56,139 bases of DNA from a virus (Duplodnaviria > Caudoviricetes), in the IMG/VR virus record IMGVR_UViG_3300029986_000023, positions 1 through 56,139 of that record. One strand, given 5' to 3'. Both the position numbers and the translations under genes were made by a program. Under the pieces are notes generated by a model. The model searched no databases and was not told the origin of the DNA. It saw only the letters and a list, made by a program, of their open reading frames with translations. This document shows, one piece after another, positions 49,313 through 56,139 of the stretch; position 1 is the first letter of the stretch, and each line of letters starts with the position of its first letter.

Positions 49313-49552
49313 TCAGATGATTGATTCAAGCTCCGTATCCACTCCGTTTCGGTCGTTCTCTTCGAGCAGCTCGTCGCGCGCCAGGGTTTCGTCGTCCGTG
49401 TCGAGGATAGCCGCCTTGATGCGTGGTACTGCCTGCTGGACGCGGTAGATGATCTTACGAGAGGCTGGCAGCTTGGTTTCGATGACCAAGATAGCCAAAG
49501 AACATCCAAAGGCTATGAGAAGACCCACAATTAGGCCGAGGATGAACATCAT
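49313..49552 (-). CDS. Membrane-anchored protein
   Basis: Hydrophobic N-terminus. Confidence 0.6.
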   Translation of the reverse strand: MMFILGLIVGLLIAFGCSLAILVIETKLPASRKIIYRVQQAVPRIKAAILDTDDETLARDELLEENDRNGVDTELESII

Positions 49553-49767
49553 GTTGACTCTACTTTATCAGATTTTAGGTGCTTTGTCAATCTTTCCTTG
49601 TGGATTCTTTCTAAGACGCCAAACGGAGGCTCTAGAGATTCTACCCATTGATCTACGAGCTTCTGTTTGTTTTTTTCATCACGGACGAGATCCAGCAAGT
49701 TCATAAATTCTTTTTGGAAATTCAAACGCCTTGCCATCGCGAAGCATTTTTCCTTCAATAGTTTCAA
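49549..49767 (-). CDS. Hypothetical protein
   Basis: Stop overlaps the next start; own start uncertain. Confidence 0.4.
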   Translation of the reverse strand: MKLLKEKCFAMARRLNFQKEFMNLLDLVRDEKNKQKLVDQWVESLEPPFGVLERIHKERLTKHLKSDKVEST

Positions 49768-49936
49768 ACGTAACCGTCAATCCCCCTTTGGGAATCGGTT
49801 TCGATTTATCCCAAGAAACCTCTGAACCGCACATCTTACAGGTAGCGGTGATTGTGCTAATGCGATGCGTCGCAGTTGATTCCGTTTCGTGATGGTACGA
49901 CCAGTTGTTTTCCAAACACTTGTTACAAGCTATCAT
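49679..49936 (-). CDS. Zn-ribbon protein
   Basis: CNKC...CKMC; start reassigned to MIACNK. Confidence 0.55.
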   Translation of the reverse strand: MIACNKCLENNWSYHHETESTATHRISTITATCKMCGSEVSWDKSKPIPKGGLTVTFETIEGKMLRDGKAFEFPKRIYELAGSRP

Positions 49937-50344
49937 ATCGGGCAGTCCTGGAAGCGAAGACAAAAGCCCCCGTAAGTTAAGGGATTTAGTTATTGACGTT
50001 GATAGGGTTGTCTCTCCCATCGTCTCACCAGCCTTCTGTACTCGCCCCGCCATGGGGATTGCCTACGTCGATCAGCGTAAGGAGGAACGCTGATCACACG
50101 CTGTTATCGGTTTAGTCACTACCGCCCTGGGGTAGCTCCATCGCTCGACATCAGTTCCCGTGACTTGGCTTGGCATCCAGGGGTGGCTCACGGGATTCGC
50201 CCGACCACGTTCCCAGCCGTCAGCTCACGGGCATAAAACAAATCCCGCTTGATGTTTTGCGGGATATGTGCGAACATGATCCAGCGAACATGATCCCAAA
50301 GTACCACGGAAAAAGACTTCGGTCAAACCTCCGTGGTATTTTTT

Positions 50345-50386
50345 TGTGGATAACTAATTGACCCGTGTCCCACTCTGTGCTAAAGT
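50345..50386 (+). promoter_or_regulatory. Early promoter with upstream DnaA-box consensus (module B)
   Basis: TGTGGATAA, then TTGACC-17-TAAAGT. Confidence 0.65.
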
Positions 50387-50395
50387 AGAGGAACT

Positions 50396-50569
50396 ATGTC
50401 AATCAATTTCAATGAAGGAAAGATCGAGTGCGATGAGTGCGGAGAAAGCGAGATTTTTACTGGCTGCGTTCACTACAAGGAATTTGTCGAGGAAACGAAA
50501 CAAAATGGATGGACGGCCCAACAAGTCGAGGAAACATGGATAAATAAATGCCCGCATTGTTCACAATAA
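50396..50569 (+). CDS. 57-aa Zn-ribbon protein (not in ORF track)
   Basis: IECDECG...GW.......NKCPHC. Confidence 0.65.
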   Translation: MSINFNEGKIECDECGESEIFTGCVHYKEFVEETKQNGWTAQQVEETWINKCPHCSQ

Positions 50570-50570
50570 T

Positions 50571-50807
50571 ATGCCCCTTTCCCTGAAACAAGAAATCGTC
50601 CACGCGCCTCCCCCTCAACCAAAACCACGCTGGAAGCCGTCCAAAGAATATTGGTTTGTGAATCTGTATTGTGGTGTCGGTTGGTCAGAGGTTGGATTCG
50701 AACATGAAGAGAAGTTATTTGCTGTCGGCAACTGCTTCCCCACCCGTGAGAAGGCCGAGGCTGCCGCGCAAGCCATTAAAGAATTACTAAATAAACTCAA
50801 CCAATAA
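50571..50807 (+). CDS. Hypothetical protein
   Basis: Stand-alone version of the C-terminal domain of 18597..19355. Confidence 0.65.
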   Translation: MPLSLKQEIVHAPPPQPKPRWKPSKEYWFVNLYCGVGWSEVGFEHEEKLFAVGNCFPTREKAEAAAQAIKELLNKLNQ

Positions 50808-50879
50808 ATGTATGACAAAGACGATCACGATTGATGGAGTGGAATACGTCCGCAGGTCTGATGTTAAAGAAGTTTAATT

Positions 50880-51338
50880 GTGAATAGGGATATGCGAGAA
50901 ATACGATTTAGAGCATGGCACAAAACATGGTCGAAAGAAAAATCAGATGACATTGATGGAAAGATAAACGGTATGCAACGTGTAAGAAGCATCCATGAAA
51001 CGCTATCAGGAAATCAGGAAGTACGACTTTGGAACTGGCAGTCATTTTGTCCTATTGAAGACGTTGAACTCATGCAATTTACAGGCCTCCTCGATACGAA
51101 AGGAAAGGAATGCTTCGAGGGAGATCTAGGAAAAGATTGTTTTGGTAAACTTTGGGAGTTTCGTTGGGATGAAACTCAGGCGGGATTTCGAGTCAGACTC
51201 ATTGGTGACGAAAACCTGCCAATAGAGACAATGACGCGTCCAATCGACGGAAGTATCTCCTACAAGAAACCGAACATGGTCAAGCTGGAAGTCATCGGCA
51301 ACATCTGGGAACACAAACACTTGCTCGAAGGCAAGTAA
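50880..51338 (+). CDS. YopX-family protein
   Basis: MREIRFRAW, ELMQFTGLLD.KGKE.FEGD, EVIGNIWEH..LLE. Confidence 0.9.
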   Translation: MNRDMREIRFRAWHKTWSKEKSDDIDGKINGMQRVRSIHETLSGNQEVRLWNWQSFCPIEDVELMQFTGLLDTKGKECFEGDLGKDCFGKLWEFRWDETQAGFRVRLIGDENLPIETMTRPIDGSISYKKPNMVKLEVIGNIWEHKHLLEGK

Positions 51339-51438
51339 AAGAATGCCGCATCGCTTTGCAGGGTGCTGAACAAACGCCGCCAGCTCGACCTACCAAATCA
51401 GAACGAGGTTAAAAAATGAATTGATAAAGAAATAGGGT

Positions 51439-51927
51439 ATGCAAGAACATCAATTTCGCTTCGTACTCGAAGATAAAGAAAAACTTGTAAGGTTGTTGGC
51501 ATTTACGTGTGGATGGCAACAGGCTTGGCTATCAAGACAGCGTGAGTCATTAGAGAATCTTTATGGAAGAAAAGCTGATTTGATGGATGCGGCTGTTGAA
51601 ATGATAGATTATAGGTCTTATCCAGTTGACGATCACAGCTGTCTTGACCATTCGTTTTTACAGGCATTCTTCTCTAGGTTCCCACAAATTGAAATCTTGG
51701 TTAGACCAGACCTAACTTTCGTGGATGCGCCTGTTCCCGCGCTGATGGCCGAAAGCTACAGATACGAAGACGCTTGGAAACATCACGCGCAGGTAATGGT
51801 GTTGATGGAACCGAAAGAGCGCATCAAATATCTTTACTCATACGTCCCTGAATCTTTCAAAAAGTCCTTGAAGGAGCGTCAAGAGAAGGCGCGAGTCAGA
51901 ATCAATGAAATGGCAAAGGATTACTAG
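51439..51927 (+). CDS. Hypothetical protein
   Basis: 162-aa ATG ORF. Confidence 0.65.
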   Translation: MQEHQFRFVLEDKEKLVRLLAFTCGWQQAWLSRQRESLENLYGRKADLMDAAVEMIDYRSYPVDDHSCLDHSFLQAFFSRFPQIEILVRPDLTFVDAPVPALMAESYRYEDAWKHHAQVMVLMEPKERIKYLYSYVPESFKKSLKERQEKARVRINEMAKDY

Positions 51928-52006
51928 CCATCCCGCGCCTCTCATCTAAATCCCCGCCAGCCATCCATCCCTGGTAGCAAAGTGGTGAATGACAAAATAA
52001 TAATTT

Positions 52007-52171
52007 ATGACATTCGCAACAAAATACAAAAATCTAATGAGCTTGTGGGACATGCTCCCCCAAATTATAAAGACAATAGAGCGTCTGGAGACAGAAAATA
52101 AAGCATTAAAATTAGAACGAGATCAAGTACGAAAAGATGTAGCACGCCTGCTCGAACTCGCTAAATCTTAA
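52007..52171 (+). CDS. 54-aa coiled-coil peptide (not in ORF track)
   Basis: Contains TIERLE.EN, as in 52962..53684. Confidence 0.5.
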   Translation: MTFATKYKNLMSLWDMLPQIIKTIERLETENKALKLERDQVRKDVARLLELAKS

Positions 52172-52279
52172 TCCAACTTGTGGGATGTGATGGATGATTG
52201 AAGGATGCTGGCTCTCGTAAGAAGTCAGGTTTTAAACGGATTCATCCATTCAATCATTCCTTTCATCCCGCAACTAACT

Positions 52280-52444
52280 ATGAAACTTCAACTCCATCAA
52301 AAGACCGAGCGCATCATCGGTGCGTTGCGTATTGAAGGCCCCGTGTTCGACAAGATAGAACGCATCGCTAAGAAGCAGAAGACCAGCAACCAAACCGTCA
52401 TTCGTGCCATCTTAAATCAAGTGATTGATTCGGTGGAAGAATAA
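52280..52444 (+). CDS. Ribbon-helix-helix (CopG/Arc-like) protein
   Basis: ALRIEGPVFDKIERIAKKQKTSNQTVIRAIL. Confidence 0.7.
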   Translation: MKLQLHQKTERIIGALRIEGPVFDKIERIAKKQKTSNQTVIRAILNQVIDSVEE

Positions 52445-52445
52445 T

Positions 52446-52613
52446 ATGAACCTTAAACAAGTCCTAGGATATGGCATTTTATCAGTTCCCTTTGTCTTGC
52501 TTGTTCTTGGGTTATTTTTGACAGAGGGATGGAGAAAGGGATTGACCATTCTCCTTGTCGCCTCGACCGCGGTCGTCTGCATATTAGTTGGAACCTGGTT
52601 GCTTAATTCCTAA
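52446..52613 (+). CDS. Two-TM membrane protein
   Basis: Two hydrophobic stretches. Confidence 0.6.
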   Translation: MNLKQVLGYGILSVPFVLLVLGLFLTEGWRKGLTILLVASTAVVCILVGTWLLNS

Positions 52614-52646
52614 CCCCTTTGGCCGCCATCCTAACGAATCCTGAAT

Positions 52647-52901
52647 ATGACCATTGATGAATGTTTCCAAGCCATAGATAAAGGTGAAGGTTTGTTCTTT
52701 TATCCCGACGACATAAAAGAAATCCTCCAACGCTTCGCCCTGGAGTTCGTTACGAGTTGTTTACCAGTAGAAATGAAGATGACGTTAGTGCGTGGAACCG
52801 TTGATCCAGACGATTATTACCGCGATGAATATTACGTCGATGGATTTAACTACTGCCGCACCGCGACGTTGGAGGCGGCGCGTAAGATACTTGGTGTATG
52901 A
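52647..52901 (+). CDS. Hypothetical protein
   Basis: Mosaic homologue of 19618..19869. Confidence 0.65.
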   Translation: MTIDECFQAIDKGEGLFFYPDDIKEILQRFALEFVTSCLPVEMKMTLVRGTVDPDDYYRDEYYVDGFNYCRTATLEAARKILGV

Positions 52902-52961
52902 ACGATTCTTGGTACATTGGTTTCATGGTCGGTTTCATGACAGCTGTTGTGATCCTCGGGA

Positions 52962-53684
52962 TTGCTATTACTATCATTACGTATTGATATGCCCATCCAC
53001 GACACAATCGAAGAGTTGAAGAAACTGGAAGCGAAGGCGACGAAAGGACCTCGTGATGGCGCACGAGCAATCCTGACAAACATTAAAATTGAAGGAGTTG
53101 AGACAACCGAATTGAATCAAGATGAATTGAAGTTTATATCGGCTGTATTGGCGGCCTTCCCCTCCCTCATCGCCGAGTTAGAGCGGTTGGATCGCAGCAA
53201 CAAGGCCAAAGGCGAGTTCGCTGATAAACTCTGTGATGAACAGGAAAAAGTAAAGCGGTTGGAAGAAGAAGTCCAATACCTTCGAGCAGCATTTGTAGAG
53301 GATTCAAAAACGATTATCAACTGCAAAGGAAGCGAATTTCAAAAAACCAAAACGATAGAGCGGTTGGAGAAAGAGAATGAGAAATTGGTGAAATGGCACG
53401 AAGGAAACAAAATCCTGTCCGAAAGTTATAGAGGGCAGAACGAAGAACTCACCCGTCTCCGCGAAACGATAGAGCGGTTGGAGAAAGAGAATGAACAGAA
53501 AACGGATGCGATTTCAGTTTACGCGATTTGGAAGAAAGATTGGGAATCCCGTGAAGCTAAGTGGCAGAAATACTCAGAGAGTGTAGAGAAGATTCTCAAT
53601 GCTTTCTACGGTTCGTGGGTTTTAGGTCAGAAGTGGATAGACCAACGTGACGCCGCCCTCGCTCTTGCGCCTAAAAACGAATAG
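52962..53684 (+). CDS. Ead/Ea22-like coiled-coil protein
   Basis: LEAKATKGP..FI.A...FPSLIAELERL; TIERLEKENE x2. Confidence 0.65.
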   Translation: MLLLSLRIDMPIHDTIEELKKLEAKATKGPRDGARAILTNIKIEGVETTELNQDELKFISAVLAAFPSLIAELERLDRSNKAKGEFADKLCDEQEKVKRLEEEVQYLRAAFVEDSKTIINCKGSEFQKTKTIERLEKENEKLVKWHEGNKILSESYRGQNEELTRLRETIERLEKENEQKTDAISVYAIWKKDWESREAKWQKYSESVEKILNAFYGSWVLGQKWIDQRDAALALAPKNE

Positions 53685-53686
53685 AT

Positions 53687-53998
53687 ATGCTCGACCTCCA
53701 AAAACTGAAAGACCTCGAATCAAAGGCGACGAAAGGGAAATACGAAGTTGATGAAGATACAGTTTCCGTCAATATAAACTCGTTGATGGAAACAGGTGAT
53801 GTCTATTTTATCGCGGACGACTTCTTCACTCGTGAGGATGCCGATTTCATCGTCGCCCTCCGAAATTCATTTGGCCAGCTAGTAAGTGAGATTGAACGGT
53901 TGCAGGCGATGTGTTTCAAACAGGCGGTTGTTCTTGGCGAAATGCAAACCCAACTAAAGCAAGCCGAAGCTCTAAGATGTCCACATACGATTGGATGA
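53687..53998 (+). CDS. Ead/Ea22-like protein
   Basis: LESKATKG..DADFIVALRN..LVSEIERL. Confidence 0.65.
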   Translation: MLDLQKLKDLESKATKGKYEVDEDTVSVNINSLMETGDVYFIADDFFTREDADFIVALRNSFGQLVSEIERLQAMCFKQAVVLGEMQTQLKQAEALRCPHTIG

Positions 53999-54230
53999 TA
54001 TGCCTTGCAACCATGATGAAGTAAACCTAATCCGTTCTGGTGGTGGTGATCCAAATCCATTACCTATTTGCAAGAATTGTGGAGCTATCATTGTTCAATT
54101 AAAAAGACGCACCCCCGAAGAGATACAGGTCTACTGGATGGAACGTGAGGCGAAGTGGCAAGTGTTCGCCTCTCAATTTGAACGCACAATGTTACCTGAA
54201 GACCCACGCATGAAACTAAAACCAAACTGA
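53991..54230 (+). CDS. Hypothetical protein
   Basis: CNH..CKNCG; EREAKWQ. Confidence 0.55.
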   Translation: MDDMPCNHDEVNLIRSGGGDPNPLPICKNCGAIIVQLKRRTPEEIQVYWMEREAKWQVFASQFERTMLPEDPRMKLKPN

Positions 54231-54245
54231 TATATCGGTATCAAT

Positions 54246-54647
54246 ATGTCATCTAAAACGACACATTGCGAGAAACACGCCAAAGACAGATTTATTACAA
54301 CTTGCCTCTGTAATCCGTCTCATTGTGCCTCTTGCGCTCATCCAATGACGGGATTTGAAAAGGACTTTATGACACACTTAAAATCCGTATCACTTGAGAC
54401 AAAAGTCTCTGTGAAGATACCAAGGAACCAAAAGGAAATGGATAAAATCATTGAGAAAATTAAACATGACACATTCTGCAAGCCAGACCATAACGTTGAA
54501 TCCGACGGAATGGTTGCCTTAAAACTTTCGAGGGCAGATGTTGCTGGACTTATTGTAGCCGTTCAATACCATATAGACGAAAACGAGGACGGACGGGTCG
54601 AGCTAAAGCGTATTCGTACCCACTTGGAAAAAGCTTTGAAGTACTAA
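54246..54647 (+). CDS. Hypothetical protein with Cys/His-rich N-terminus
   Basis: T.C.KHAK....TCLC shared with the N-terminus of 20486..20833. Confidence 0.6.
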   Translation: MSSKTTHCEKHAKDRFITTCLCNPSHCASCAHPMTGFEKDFMTHLKSVSLETKVSVKIPRNQKEMDKIIEKIKHDTFCKPDHNVESDGMVALKLSRADVAGLIVAVQYHIDENEDGRVELKRIRTHLEKALKY

Positions 54648-54693
54648 TATGCTCATGTCTCACCTACTAATCTAATAAAATATCAATAAACAT

Positions 54694-55056
54694 ATGAAAT
54701 CAATCATTATCGACGGAGTAACCTACGTCCCAGAAGGAACAATTAAAGGCCAAACAGCTGTGAACACTGACGGTTTGAAATACTGCATTGTTCGTACTTA
54801 CAGTGCTGGTGTATTCGCTGGTTATCTCAAAAGTCTCGTGGGAAAAGAAGGTATCGTTTTGAATGCTCGACGTTTGTGGTACTGGGCAGGAGCCGCTTCA
54901 CTCTCTCAACTTGCTATGGAAGGTGTGAGTAAACCAAAAGAATGTAAGTTTCCTTGCGAAGTTAACGAGGTGCAATTATCAGAAGTAATTGAAGTAATCC
55001 CATGTACCGAAGAAGCTCAAAAGTCCATCGCTAAGGTGGCGAACTGGAGTGAGTAA
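54694..55056 (+). CDS. DUF6948-like protein (second copy)
   Basis: Identical to 21191..21553 except residue 2. Confidence 0.75.
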   Translation: MKSIIIDGVTYVPEGTIKGQTAVNTDGLKYCIVRTYSAGVFAGYLKSLVGKEGIVLNARRLWYWAGAASLSQLAMEGVSKPKECKFPCEVNEVQLSEVIEVIPCTEEAQKSIAKVANWSE

Positions 55057-55324
55057 TATGACCACTACAATCGCGTCAGGCAACGGCTACGGCGACGGCT
55101 ACGGAAACGGCAACGGCTACGGCTACGGAAACGGCAACGGCTACGGAAACGGCAACGGCTACGGAAACGGCGACGGCGACGGCTACGGCGACGGCTACGG
55201 AAACGGCTACGGCGACGGCAACGGCTACGGCTACGGAAACGGCAACGGCTACGGAAACGGCAACGGCGACGGCAACGGCAACGGCTACGGAAACGGAAAC
55301 GGCAACGGCAACGGCAACGGCTAG
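55049..55324 (+). CDS. Gly-X repeat protein (second copy)
   Basis: Identical to 21546..21821. Confidence 0.65.
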   Translation: MSNMTTTIASGNGYGDGYGNGNGYGYGNGNGYGNGNGYGNGDGDGYGDGYGNGYGDGNGYGYGNGNGYGNGNGDGNGNGYGNGNGNGNGNG

Positions 55325-55326
55325 GC

Positions 55327-55602
55327 TTGTATGTCTTTTTGTCTCACCTGTGGCTCTACAACACTATGAAAAAGGCATTAGTTGAACTACGAATTCAAAT
55401 GGTTATAGATGCGCCGGATTATTCAAATGATCCTGATGAAGAAAACTTAAGTGAATTCTATTTTGAACAACACAAGTGCGTAGAGGATTTGATAGATGAA
55501 TTGAAGAAGACGCAAAAGGAAGGAGTCTGTAGGTGTAACGATGCCTCTATCCATTTTCTGGGTTTTGAAGGCGGAGAAAACAAACTGGAACAACCTGAAT
55601 AA
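55327..55602 (+). CDS. Hypothetical protein (second copy)
   Basis: Identical to 21824..22099. Confidence 0.55.
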   Translation: MYVFLSHLWLYNTMKKALVELRIQMVIDAPDYSNDPDEENLSEFYFEQHKCVEDLIDELKKTQKEGVCRCNDASIHFLGFEGGENKLEQPE

Positions 55603-55994
55603 AGTAGTATAATGGATTAGCCAATGGTAGCGCGAGCTGGCGAGGTTCCGTCTTCGTCGGTTCCGTCGAGTACATAGTTTACGCGTTGAATGGTTCGATT
55701 CCGCCCTGGTGGGCAACGGGTTCGGCTGTGTACTCAACAGAACGAAAGCTCAAAAACTTGTTCATTTGATTGAGTTCATGAGGCGGCCGAGGAGTCGCTA
55801 AAAGGTGCATAATGAGACACTGGGGAGGCTCAACCAAGGCCGCAAGGCTGTATTACCAAGTGTGTCTGCCCGTCAAAGCGGGCCGTGAACTCTATTGAAT
55901 GAATATGGCTTAGTAATACGCAAGCCTGCGAGTATAAAGATCGTAGAGGATAAGATTCACGACATAATCGCTAAGCCCCACTGGGCCGAATCAT

Positions 55995-56139
55995 TTGAGT
56001 GATATGGAAGAGAAACCAAAAATAGATAACAAGAGAACGCTATCACAGAATCGAGCTTTGCATTTATACTTTACTCTCGTTGCCACGTCTTTGAATGCCG
56101 CTGGAATAGAAATCAAGGCGTCACTCCCCGACATGGAGA
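55995..56139 (+). CDS. ninB: NinB-like protein, 5' part, cut by the window end
   Basis: Identical to 22492..22636. Confidence 0.6.
   Translation, partial: MSDMEEKPKIDNKRTLSQNRALHLYFTLVATSLNAAGIEIKASLPDME

Overview
Bacteriophage DNA throughout: short-tailed, P22/podovirus-like virion genes with lambdoid-type early genes. No integrase, CRISPR or rRNA is visible. The window reads A-S-B-(S). Segment A (1-~21140) has a complete head module (TerS, GroES, GroEL, lambda-gpA-type TerL, portal, scaffold, major capsid, two decoration proteins, fibre), a replication initiator with internal iterons, Bet/Exo recombination genes and small early genes. Segment S (~21141-38012) has DUF6948, a Gly-repeat protein, NinB/NinG, two structured non-coding regions, an ATP-grasp/peptide/HExxE cassette, an HNH-AP2 endonuclease, and the only tail/ejection/lysis module. 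Segment B (38013-~54642) has a second, syntenic but strongly diverged head module with no chaperonins and no recognisable replication or recombination gene. Both window ends lie in repeats (1.. matches 38013..; ..56139 matches ..22636), so A+S (38,012 bp) and B+S (~33,503 bp) can each close into a circle on one shared tail block. From sequence alone I cannot tell a real two-head/one-tail genome or cointegrate from an assembly path through two co-occurring phages. Protein family calls are from motif recognition, not database searches.
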